32,000 bases of DNA from Nitrosopumilus maritimus SCM1 (lineage in GTDB: Archaea > Thermoproteota > Nitrososphaeria > Nitrososphaerales > Nitrosopumilaceae). The notes below the pieces were generated by a model, which was not told where the DNA came from, searched no databases, and saw nothing but the letters and a program-made list of their open reading frames with translations. Position 1 is the stretch's first letter. Each line of letters begins with the position of its first letter. Made by a program: the position numbers and the translations under genes. The DNA lies in the NCBI RefSeq assembly GCF_000018465.1, contig NC_010085.1:1613260-1645259 (forward strand), written 5' to 3'. Of the stretch, positions 7,710-16,541 are shown one piece after another.

Positions 7710-9353
7710 ATGATTTTAGGAATTATTGGGATTGTTATAGGATATAGAAAATTTTCATCTTGGATAGGTTCTAAAAAGATCTATTATCAAAGACCACATT
7801 TTTCTAGATTTTTAAGAAGAGCTGTTCTGCCAGTTTTTGCAATTGCGTTAATTACAGCTATTAATATTCATGTACAAACTGGTGTACTGTTAGGAGAAGA
7901 TTTTTCACTTGGGGTTGATGAAGGAGTTTCTCCACAAGAAATTTTTGCAAAAATTCTCAATACATTCAATATTTTGGTAATAGGCTATACAATTTCACAT
8001 CTTGTTCCTATAGCTCTTACAAAATATGACAAATCTGGTTTAGAGAAAGAAGATTTTGATGCATGGTTTGAGATGAGAGGATTTATCGATGATAAAGATG
8101 GCTTGTTTCATAAACTCTACAAATGGCTTCCACCAAAAATGACTCCCGAAGACTTGACAGATGAAGAATTCAATGAAATGCTAAAATCAAAAGAAGGAAT
8201 GAAAAAACTAGAAGAGTTTAGGACTGCGAAAGGAAATCCTATTGGTGGATATGAAAAGTTAGTTGACAATCCATTTGAAGAATGGAAAAAATCAGAGAGA
8301 GGTAAATATCAGAAATATTACCAAAATTGTGTCACTGGAAATAATCAATCTGGAAGAAAATTAAGACCGGGAGCAAAACCGGATGAGATATTTCCTATTG
8401 ATATTTGGAGAGAAGAAAAAAGAACACACGGATATGAACCAATTATTCCAAGTAATCGTCCTCCAGGATATGCAAAGAAGAAAAGAGAAGGAATTCCAAG
8501 ATCAGCAAAACAAATTCTGCCAATTGGAATTTTTATTGCAACAATTTTAGGAGTTGTTGCTTGGTGGGGTGTTGATTTAATTGTATTAGCTACTGCAACA
8601 GGTGGATTAGCAATTGGTTTAGGTTTAGCATTGCAAGAGACAATGCAGAACTATTTTGCTTATATTTTGATTAGAAAAGACAAGATTTTCGTTGAGGGTG
8701 AACGAGTACAACTAGATACAGGGTATAATGGGTATGTACACAAAATCACACCTAGAGTTACATATGTTAGAGATGCATTAAACGAATCAATCGCCATAAT
8801 TCCTACAAGACAGTTAGTCAATGCACAGATTGTAAATTATACACAAGGAGTAAAGATGGTACCTGCAATTGTTGATGTAGGTGTTTCATATCTAAATGAC
8901 CCAAAACAAGTTTCAGCAATTCTTGTTAAAGTAGGAAAACGTGCAATGAAAGAAGTTGTTGATGCTAAAGGAAGACACCTAATAAGACAACGAAGATGCC
9001 CTTATCTAGACATCAATAAACCAAGTTGTGGTTGTGACAAGGATATCCATATAGACATTAATCAACCAGTGATTAGATTTAATCAGTTTAATGATTCATC
9101 ATTAGATTTCTCATTATGGGTATATGTTCGAGATTATGGAGCTCAATTCAAAACAAAAACAGACATGAGAATTATCATGTATGAAGAATTTAAGAGATAC
9201 GACATTAGAATTCCATGGCCAATTAGAACAGTTTACCAAGGAGATGAAAAACGCGAACAAGAAGAGATTGACAGACTCAAGGAACAAAGAAAGAAGGTTA
9301 TTGATGAATATGGTACAGGCGACATTGGTCGTGGAAGTGGAGAAGACGAATAG
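7710..9353 (+). CDS. mechanosensitive ion channel, MscS family, with a large charged insertion
   Basis: N-terminal TM helices are followed by the pore-helix motif TGGLAIGLGLALQETMQNYFAYI and the beta-domain (VEGERVQLDTGYNGYVHKITPRVTYVR). A ~170-aa Lys/Glu-rich insert precedes the pore-proximal helices. Confidence 0.85.
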   Translation: MILGIIGIVIGYRKFSSWIGSKKIYYQRPHFSRFLRRAVLPVFAIALITAINIHVQTGVLLGEDFSLGVDEGVSPQEIFAKILNTFNILVIGYTISHLVPIALTKYDKSGLEKEDFDAWFEMRGFIDDKDGLFHKLYKWLPPKMTPEDLTDEEFNEMLKSKEGMKKLEEFRTAKGNPIGGYEKLVDNPFEEWKKSERGKYQKYYQNCVTGNNQSGRKLRPGAKPDEIFPIDIWREEKRTHGYEPIIPSNRPPGYAKKKREGIPRSAKQILPIGIFIATILGVVAWWGVDLIVLATATGGLAIGLGLALQETMQNYFAYILIRKDKIFVEGERVQLDTGYNGYVHKITPRVTYVRDALNESIAIIPTRQLVNAQIVNYTQGVKMVPAIVDVGVSYLNDPKQVSAILVKVGKRAMKEVVDAKGRHLIRQRRCPYLDINKPSCGCDKDIHIDINQPVIRFNQFNDSSLDFSLWVYVRDYGAQFKTKTDMRIIMYEEFKRYDIRIPWPIRTVYQGDEKREQEEIDRLKEQRKKVIDEYGTGDIGRGSGEDE

Positions 9354-9392
9354 TTTTCTCAAAACTTAAGAGTCCCATTAATTCACATTTTC

Positions 9393-10271
9393 TTGTTGGG
9401 TAAACTATCAGTAATTTGTGGAAAATCCTCTGAAGATTTAGGAAAGAAATTAGCTAGAAAAATTAAAGCAAATTTGGTAAAATCAGAGGTAAGAATTTTT
9501 CCTGATGGAGAAAGTAAGATAACACTCAAGGGAAACATATCTAAAAGAAAATCAATTGTTGTCCAATCAATTTATCCACCTGTTGATACAAATCTTATCC
9601 AAGCATTATCATTAATCTCAAAAGCTAAAGAAACTTCATCTGAAGTAATTGTTGTAATTCCTTACATGGGATATGCAAGACAAGATAGAGAATTTTTGCC
9701 AGGAGAAATTGTTACCATGAAAGTTTTAGCAAAATTGTTCAAGGGTGCTGGTGCATCAAAACTAATTGCAGTAGATATTCACAGTTTAATTGGACTCAAA
9801 TATTTCACCATAAAATCCAAAAATGTATCAGCTGTCCCAGATTTGGCAGCATATTTCAAGAAATTGAGCCTAAAAAATCCGTTAGTTGTTTCGCCTGATC
9901 AAGGTGGAAAAGAAAGAGCAAAAGAATTTGCCAAAGAAATGGGAATAGAATTCATTGCATTACAAAAGAAAAGGGATAGAAAAACTGGTAAAGTACAGAT
10001 AAAAACAAAACAGGCTAATGTAATAGGGCGTGATCTGATTTTGGTTGATGATATGATCAGTACTGGTGGAAGCATAGTTAATGCAACAAAATTTCTTAAA
10101 AAAGAAAAATGCAAGAGAGTTTTTGTTGCATGTACACATGCACTATTGATGAATGATGCTGAAAAGAAAATAAAAAAATCAGGAGTTACAAAAATTATTA
10201 GTGCAAATACCATTCCAGGTAATACATCAATAGTTGATGTATCAAATACAATTGCAAAGGCAATAATATAA
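9393..10271 (+). CDS. prs: ribose-phosphate pyrophosphokinase (PRPP synthetase)
   Basis: Motifs YMGYARQDR, VSPDQGG and the PRPP loop LVDDMISTGGS are present. The start is TTG, with no in-frame ATG after the upstream stop. The stop overlaps the next ATG by 1 nt (TAATG). Confidence 0.9.
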   Translation: MLGKLSVICGKSSEDLGKKLARKIKANLVKSEVRIFPDGESKITLKGNISKRKSIVVQSIYPPVDTNLIQALSLISKAKETSSEVIVVIPYMGYARQDREFLPGEIVTMKVLAKLFKGAGASKLIAVDIHSLIGLKYFTIKSKNVSAVPDLAAYFKKLSLKNPLVVSPDQGGKERAKEFAKEMGIEFIALQKKRDRKTGKVQIKTKQANVIGRDLILVDDMISTGGSIVNATKFLKKEKCKRVFVACTHALLMNDAEKKIKKSGVTKIISANTIPGNTSIVDVSNTIAKAII

Positions 10272-11218
10272 TGCCAGAAAGTTTTTTTGTATTATCTAAA
10301 GAATATTTAGAGATTGCAATTGATGAGGTTATTACAATAGCAAAAACTTTTGATAGATTTTCTAAAATTAAAATTATTTCAAACTTAGTAATTATTCAAT
10401 CAAAAACTAATTGGTATGAAATTTCAAAGAAAGCAACATTTGTAAAAACATCAGGACAAATATTACGAAAAATGTCTGGATTGTTTTTAGATGAAGGAAA
10501 TTTTGAAATATTAAAAAATGCAAAAACATTCGTTTGTAGAATTATCAATTTATCTTCAAATCAGTTCGATATACCAGAATTGGAAAATTCCATGGGTGAT
10601 ATGATTTCAAAATTCTCTAATGCAAAAGTAAAACTTGAAAATCCAGACATTACAGTTTATTTGATTTTTACAAATAAAGAAAATTTTTTTGGGTTTTCCA
10701 AGATTACAAAGGAGAAAAAGAGACCAAAAAAGGCAATATCACAGCCACATGAATTAGATTGGAAATTAACAAGGGCAATGATCAATCTAGTTGGATTAAA
10801 AAAAGGAGAAACAGTATGTGATCCATTCTGTGGAACTGGTACAACGCTTCTAGAAGCTGAGTCAATGGGAATTCACGGAATTGGTCTAGATTTTGATGAA
10901 AAAATGGTTGAAATCACAAAAAAGAATCTCAAAGAAAATGGATACAAATCAAGAGTAATTCATTCAGATTTCCAAGAAATTAAGAACATGGCTGATGAAT
11001 TTGACGGTATTGTAACAGATTTCCCATATGGAAAAAATACAAAAACATCAGAAAAACCTGAAGAGATCATTAAGAAATTTGTGACTATTGTACCAAAAAG
11101 AAAGAAGATGGCTATAATGTACAAAAAGGAATTGGGAGACAAATTGAAATTAAAAGGATTAAAAAAATATCAAATCTATAGGCATAAAAGCTTGACAAGG
11201 ACAATTCTGATAAAATGA
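10271..11218 (+). CDS. THUMP-domain tRNA guanine-N2 methyltransferase (Trm-G10/Trm14-like class I SAM MTase)
   Basis: The N-terminal ~150 aa are THUMP-like. The C-terminal part has the SAM motif I DPFCGTGTTLLEA and the catalytic DFPYG (D/N-PPY-type) motif. Confidence 0.75.
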   Translation: MPESFFVLSKEYLEIAIDEVITIAKTFDRFSKIKIISNLVIIQSKTNWYEISKKATFVKTSGQILRKMSGLFLDEGNFEILKNAKTFVCRIINLSSNQFDIPELENSMGDMISKFSNAKVKLENPDITVYLIFTNKENFFGFSKITKEKKRPKKAISQPHELDWKLTRAMINLVGLKKGETVCDPFCGTGTTLLEAESMGIHGIGLDFDEKMVEITKKNLKENGYKSRVIHSDFQEIKNMADEFDGIVTDFPYGKNTKTSEKPEEIIKKFVTIVPKRKKMAIMYKKELGDKLKLKGLKKYQIYRHKSLTRTILIK

Positions 11219-12114
11219 AACTTGTATTTCTTGGAACTTCAGCTGCACAACCAACTGAGAACAGAGGATTATCATGCATATGTTTAGAGAGAGAAGGTGA
11301 AGTTCTCATGTTTGATGCAGGTGAAGCCGCACAGATTTCATATATGAAATCAGGATTGGGTTGGAATAAAAAAATGAAAATATTTGTTACACATCTTCAT
11401 GGCGATCATTGCGTAGGAATTTTAGGATTATTACAAACAATGTCTATGCAAAATAGAACAGAATCATTAGAAATTTTTGGTCCAAGTGGAATTGAAGAAT
11501 TTATTGCAGCAAACATCAAAGTTTTGAATTTTGGGTTGTCATTTCCTATTTTGATCAATACAATAAAAGATGAAAAAATTTTTGAAGATGAAAAATTTTT
11601 AATCCGTACATGTAAAGCAAATCATTCTATTATTGCATTTTCTTATTTATTTGAAGAAAAAGACAAACCAGGAAGATTCAATGTTGAAAAAGCTAAGGAA
11701 TTAGGAATACCTGAAGGTGAATTATGGAATAAGTTACAAAATGGAAATGAGATTACAGTTAATGAAAAAATAATAAAACCAGAACAAGTTTTAGGAGAAA
11801 GACGTCCAGGTAAAAAAATAGGGATTTCTGGAGATACAATGCCTACAAAAGAATTAGAAGAATTTTTTGAAGAGTGTGATTATCTTGTATTTGATTCAAC
11901 ATTTCTTGAGGCAGAAAAACAAAAAGCGCAAGATACGTGTCACTCAACTGCAAAACAAGCTGCAACAGTAGCAAAAAATGCAAAAGTAAAGAATCTGGTC
12001 TTAACACATTTTTCAGCAAGATACAGAGACGAAGTAGAACATCTAAGAGAAGCAAAAGAAATTCATGATTCAGTAATTACTGCAAAGGATCTTTTAGAAA
12101 TAGAGATCAAATGA
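11215..12114 (+). CDS. rnz: ribonuclease Z (tRNA 3' endonuclease)
   Basis: The metallo-beta-lactamase motif THLHGDHCVG, the N-terminal LGTSAAQPT..RGLS and the C-terminal LTHFSARY are present. ATGA overlaps occur at both ends. Confidence 0.9.
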   Translation: MKLVFLGTSAAQPTENRGLSCICLEREGEVLMFDAGEAAQISYMKSGLGWNKKMKIFVTHLHGDHCVGILGLLQTMSMQNRTESLEIFGPSGIEEFIAANIKVLNFGLSFPILINTIKDEKIFEDEKFLIRTCKANHSIIAFSYLFEEKDKPGRFNVEKAKELGIPEGELWNKLQNGNEITVNEKIIKPEQVLGERRPGKKIGISGDTMPTKELEEFFEECDYLVFDSTFLEAEKQKAQDTCHSTAKQAATVAKNAKVKNLVLTHFSARYRDEVEHLREAKEIHDSVITAKDLLEIEIK

Positions 12115-12839
12115 AAATGTTTGAATCAATTAAAGATCAAGTTAAGAATGCAAAAAAGATTGTTTTTGTTACTGGAGCAGGAATCTCACAAGAAAGTGGA
12201 ATTCCCACATTTAGAGGCAAAGATGGTCTTTGGAGAAACTATGATGCCATGAAATTGGCTACAATTGACGCATTTTATGATGATCCAAAATTGGTTTGGG
12301 AATGGTATAATGAACGAAGACACAATATTTTTTCAGCAAATCCAAACCAAGGGCACAAAGCAATTGCCGAACTTGAAAAATTTGCAGATGTTGTCAGTTT
12401 GACACAAAATATTGATGGATTGCATCAAAAAGCAGGCAGTACCAAAGTTTTGGAATTACATGGAAGTATTGTAAAAATAAAATGTACTGTTTGTGATTTT
12501 AGTGATGAAATAATGACAGATTTTACAGAAAATCCACCTTTATGTAAATGTGGAAGTATTTTGAGGCCAGATGTTGTTTGGTTTGGAGAGTCTCTACCAC
12601 AAGATGTTTGGCAAGAAGCAATAATTCATGCAAATCAATGCGATCTAATGATTATTGTAGGAACATCACTCGTAGTATCCCCTGCAAACACTTTACCAAT
12701 ATATGCAAAACAAAACAATGCAATGCTAATAGAAATTAATCCAGAAAATACTGAAATGTCATCAGAAATGGATCTTGTAATAAGAAACACTAGTGCTAAT
12801 GCATTACCAGAATTTGTTTCGTTATTCAAAAATTTATGA
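12111..12839 (+). CDS. cobB: NAD-dependent protein deacylase, Sir2 family
   Basis: GAGISQESGIPTFRG, TQNIDGLH, LHGS, the Zn module CTVC..CKCG and IVGTSLVVSPA are present. Confidence 0.9.
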   Translation: MKMFESIKDQVKNAKKIVFVTGAGISQESGIPTFRGKDGLWRNYDAMKLATIDAFYDDPKLVWEWYNERRHNIFSANPNQGHKAIAELEKFADVVSLTQNIDGLHQKAGSTKVLELHGSIVKIKCTVCDFSDEIMTDFTENPPLCKCGSILRPDVVWFGESLPQDVWQEAIIHANQCDLMIIVGTSLVVSPANTLPIYAKQNNAMLIEINPENTEMSSEMDLVIRNTSANALPEFVSLFKNL

Positions 12840-13574
12840 AAATATACCACTAATGTTTGAATCCGATGAATCTCCAGGATTAAAAACTGATGAAGTTACA
12901 GTTCCATATTCTTCATGTTCCACAATCATGTCTATGAAATAAGGAATTCCTGCTGCATCATTTACAGTAGTTTCAAAGTTTGAAGAGAAAAATGTTCCAG
13001 AAAAAATTTCTTCTTGTTCTGATCGAAGTATAACATTAACACTATTTGTTTTTCCACTAGAATCAGAATACTGAAGTATGATATTTTCATCAGACATTTG
13101 TTTTGTAGATAATGAAAGTGTTTCATATACTAAAGGAGAAGAATTAGTTATGACTTGGCTTGATGATGAAGGTGGATTTAATGTAGAAATTTCATTTGAT
13201 GATTTTTGTTTGTTCGAAGAACTTCCAGTAAACAAATTTTGTATAGATTCGACAGGATTAAAGTTTGAAACTTTTTCATGAATTATGTTCTGGGAAGTTT
13301 CTTTTACATCAGAAACTTCATTAGAAATTTTATCTCCTGTTTCATGAATTTCATTTGTTATAGCATCACTAGTTTTATCTACAATTTTATCAATGGACTC
13401 ATCAATTCGGTTTTCTACAGCATTTGTTGCTTTAGTACCTATATTTGATATATCATTAGTAAGAGAATCGGTTATTGTTGCAGATGTGGTAGGGAAAAAT
13501 GAATCAATTTCATTTGAGAAAATCATTCCTCCTAGAACAATTATTCCTGCAATTATGCCTAATTTTATGAACAT
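12834..13574 (-). CDS. membrane-anchored Ser/Asn/Asp-rich protein of unknown function
   Basis: An N-terminal TM helix (LGIIAGIIVLGGMIF) is followed by low-complexity periodic acidic/Ser segments and a compact C-terminal domain. There are no recognisable motifs. Confidence 0.5.
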   Translation of the reverse strand: MFIKLGIIAGIIVLGGMIFSNEIDSFFPTTSATITDSLTNDISNIGTKATNAVENRIDESIDKIVDKTSDAITNEIHETGDKISNEVSDVKETSQNIIHEKVSNFNPVESIQNLFTGSSSNKQKSSNEISTLNPPSSSSQVITNSSPLVYETLSLSTKQMSDENIILQYSDSSGKTNSVNVILRSEQEEIFSGTFFSSNFETTVNDAAGIPYFIDMIVEHEEYGTVTSSVFNPGDSSDSNISGIFS

Positions 13575-13648
13575 TTGTTAATAATTCTAAAAAATGGATT
13601 TTAGATTCATACTAAAAAAAATAGTCAAAAATGATTGAATTTTCTTAG

Positions 13649-14062
13649 CTAGTTTTCATCTCCATACACAAACCAATCAATGATTTCATCAATTTTTGAC
13701 GAAGTAAGTATAACTTTGATTGGGCCTAATGGAGATTCTTCAGATTCTTCACAAATGGCTATTTTTTCTACAAATGCAGCCTGTTTGTTTAGATAAAACC
13801 ATGTTGAATCGTTTTTTAGATTTTTTTGAAGATTCCGTTTATAGGTTTTCTGAGATTGCTTTGAGTGAATTACTTCGTATATTTTTTCTAAAGAAGTTAG
13901 GTCTTTTGATTCAGCAGAAATTGAATAATTTTCAGTTTTAATGGTTGAATATGGAAAAATGTTTGAAATTGATTTTTGAGTTTTTTCTGGATCTTCAGAT
14001 GGATTTACTGCACAAAACATTTCAATTTTACAATTAATATTTGGAATCTTCATAATACCCAA
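13649..14062 (-). CDS. UPF0201/COG1931-like predicted RNA-binding protein
   Basis: NPSEDPEK near the N-terminus, NKQAAFV and ESPLGPIKV match my recollection of the archaeal UPF0201 family. The gene overlaps the upstream kinase-like gene by 13 nt. The family assignment is from memory and has not been searched. Confidence 0.55.
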   Translation of the reverse strand: MGIMKIPNINCKIEMFCAVNPSEDPEKTQKSISNIFPYSTIKTENYSISAESKDLTSLEKIYEVIHSKQSQKTYKRNLQKNLKNDSTWFYLNKQAAFVEKIAICEESEESPLGPIKVILTSSKIDEIIDWFVYGDEN

Positions 14063-14643
14063 CTTTGGATAATTTCATTTGCAGATTCTATTAATTCATC
14101 TTTAGTTAATCCAATATTTGAAATTGCATAATCAGATAACGCAATTGAATTACTAATTCCAACACCTAATTCACGATTATCTCTTTCTTCAAAATGTTCT
14201 TTTGTTTGAGGATCATCTGATCTACCTCTTTTTTGTAGAAAATCAAATCTAGTGTCAGTTGATGCATGAATAGCTAATAATTTTACATTTCCAATTTTTC
14301 TTAAGACTTCAATTTCATCATTTGAGCGAACACCGTCAATCAAAATCACATTAGAAGAAGAAGATTCAATTTGTGGTTTTATTAGTTCAGCAATTGCACC
14401 AGGTCCATTTTTCTCTCTAAGTTCAAGCATTAATTTTCCAAGATTTGATCTTGATGGTTCCAAATTTCTTTTTTTTGCTTCCTCCCTTACTGCATTTCCC
14501 ATATTGACTATATCATAGCCTTTTGGTTTTAGTCCTTCAGCAATAGTAGATTTTCCAGCACCTGGCATGCCTGTCAAACACACAATTAGTTTTGTCATTG
14601 AATATCGAAAACCAAACTCGTCTATGAAGCTACCGGAAATCAT
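14050..14643 (-). CDS. P-loop nucleotide kinase-like protein (archaeal UPF0200 / dephospho-CoA-kinase-like family)
   Basis: Walker A GMPGAGKST, IDGVRS, RGRSDDP and RDNRELGVGI..IALSDYAISN are present. The real start is probably the internal ATG at 14598 (MTKLIVCLTG). Confidence 0.75.
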   Translation of the reverse strand: MISGSFIDEFGFRYSMTKLIVCLTGMPGAGKSTIAEGLKPKGYDIVNMGNAVREEAKKRNLEPSRSNLGKLMLELREKNGPGAIAELIKPQIESSSSNVILIDGVRSNDEIEVLRKIGNVKLLAIHASTDTRFDFLQKRGRSDDPQTKEHFEERDNRELGVGISNSIALSDYAISNIGLTKDELIESANEIIQSWVL

Positions 14644-14670
14644 TATAAAGATACATCAAGGAAAATTGTA

Positions 14671-15213
14671 ATGCGAACTTTTGTGGCAATTGAGATTTCA
14701 GAAAATGACATAAAAAAATCTATTAAAGATTTTCAAAATAAATTACAAATTAATGCAAAGCCAATAAATTCAGATCAATTACATTTTACATTACAATTTT
14801 TGGGAGAAATTTCTGAAGAACAAGTGCAAAAAGTAATTGAATCACTACAAACAATCAAGTTTTCTGAATTTACCATAAACTTGAAAGGAATAGGAGCATT
14901 TCCCAAACCAAAATTTCCACGAGTGATTTGGATTGGAACAGATGAAGAAGGAGGGAAAAATCTGATTGAATTGGCAAAAAAAGTGGAAAATGTGCTTAAA
15001 CCTCTAGGATTAGTTTCTGATAAACCATTCAAGCCACACATTACAATATTTAGAATTAAAAAGAAGATTGGAGATATGACAGAGGAATTGAATAAACAAA
15101 AGTTTATGGATTTTGGAATGCAAAAAATTTCTAGGATTATGCTGAAAAAAAGTGAACTTACATCTGATGGACCAATCTATTCTAATTTAGAGGAGGTAAT
15201 TGCTGTAAAATGA
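14671..15213 (+). CDS. thpR: RNA 2',3'-cyclic phosphodiesterase / 2'-5' RNA ligase (2H phosphoesterase, ThpR/LigT)
   Basis: Two H-x-T/S-x motifs are present, HFTLQFLG and HITIFR. The size of 180 aa fits. An ATGA overlap links it to cca. Confidence 0.85.
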   Translation: MRTFVAIEISENDIKKSIKDFQNKLQINAKPINSDQLHFTLQFLGEISEEQVQKVIESLQTIKFSEFTINLKGIGAFPKPKFPRVIWIGTDEEGGKNLIELAKKVENVLKPLGLVSDKPFKPHITIFRIKKKIGDMTEELNKQKFMDFGMQKISRIMLKKSELTSDGPIYSNLEEVIAVK

Positions 15214-16541
15214 AAAAAATTATTGCTAATATAATGAAGAATGTAATTCCAACAAAAACAATAGAAAAATCAAAAGAAGGAATTGCAAAAACAGCATTAG
15301 AATTAGTCAAAAAAGAAATTGAAAAATTTCCTGAAATTATAGGAGTAGAATTTGGTGGATCATTTGCTAAAGGCACATGGCTATCAAAAGATGCAGATGT
15401 AGATATTTTTGTTAGATTCAAAAAATCAATTTCAGAAGAGAAATTTGAAAAAATCTCTAAAAAAATTGGTTTTGATTCATTGAAGGAATTTTCTCCATAT
15501 GTAAGATATTCTGAACACCCATATGTTGAGGCTAAAATGAAGGATACAAAGATCAATGTTGTTCCATTTTATGATGTAAAAGCAGGTGAATGGAAAAGTG
15601 CTGCAGACAGATCACCATTTCATACAAAATTCATGTCAAAATCATTAACACAAAAAATGAGAAATGAAGTTAGAATTCTAAAGACATTTCTAAAATCAAA
15701 TGGAATCTATGGTGCAGAAATTGCAAAACAAGGATTTAGTGGGTATGTATCAGAAGTTCTAGTTTTACATTTTGGAAGTTTTGAAAATATGATAAAATCA
15801 ATTTCTAAAATTGAAGAAAATCAAGTAATTGGAAAAACTTCAAAGAAATTTGATACATCTTTAGTAATAATTGATCCGATAGATAGTAATAGAAACTTGG
15901 CTGCTGCAATATCAGATGAAAATATTGGAAAATTTATTCTTGTTTGTAGGGCCTTTAAAGAAAATCCTAAATCTGATTTTTTTAAGAATAAAAAATCAAG
16001 AGTTTCAAAGAAGCACTGGGGAAATATATTATCTATTAAATTCAATTTCAAAATGAGAAGTCCCGATATAATTTGGGGACAGATAAAAAGAGCTACATCA
16101 TCATTAAACACACAATTAGAATTAGCCGGTTTTACAGTACTAAGGAGTAGAGCATATACAGATCAACAAAAAGAAGCTTATCTCCTATTCCTTTTAGAAT
16201 CAACAAAAATTTCTGATATTTATGCAAAAAGTGGACCAGAGTTTTTCAGGGAAGGCAGTTCGAAGAGTTTCATTTCGAAGAATCTTTCAAATGCAGAATT
16301 AGTATGGATAGGAAATAACAAAAAAATCATCTCTCTAGAAAAGAGAAAACACGTAGATGCCAGTAAATTTATGAGTGAATTTTTGAAAAATAATCTTCAA
16401 ACAGGTATACCAAAGGGCCTCCAAGCTGATTTCAAACAAGGTTTCAAAATCACTATTGGAGAAAAAGGGTTAAGCAAATCAATTAAAGAGGTCGCAAGTG
16501 AATTGATCTCAACTGATGGCACACTCCTTCATTTCAATTAA
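15210..16541 (+). CDS. cca: CCA-adding tRNA nucleotidyltransferase, archaeal class I
   Basis: GGSFAKGTWLSKDADVDIFV is a Pol-beta nucleotidyltransferase G[SG] plus DxD motif. RSPFHT and the 443-aa size also fit. AGGAGGT at 15191-15197 lies 13 nt upstream of the ATG. Confidence 0.85.
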   Translation: MKKIIANIMKNVIPTKTIEKSKEGIAKTALELVKKEIEKFPEIIGVEFGGSFAKGTWLSKDADVDIFVRFKKSISEEKFEKISKKIGFDSLKEFSPYVRYSEHPYVEAKMKDTKINVVPFYDVKAGEWKSAADRSPFHTKFMSKSLTQKMRNEVRILKTFLKSNGIYGAEIAKQGFSGYVSEVLVLHFGSFENMIKSISKIEENQVIGKTSKKFDTSLVIIDPIDSNRNLAAAISDENIGKFILVCRAFKENPKSDFFKNKKSRVSKKHWGNILSIKFNFKMRSPDIIWGQIKRATSSLNTQLELAGFTVLRSRAYTDQQKEAYLLFLLESTKISDIYAKSGPEFFREGSSKSFISKNLSNAELVWIGNNKKIISLEKRKHVDASKFMSEFLKNNLQTGIPKGLQADFKQGFKITIGEKGLSKSIKEVASELISTDGTLLHFN

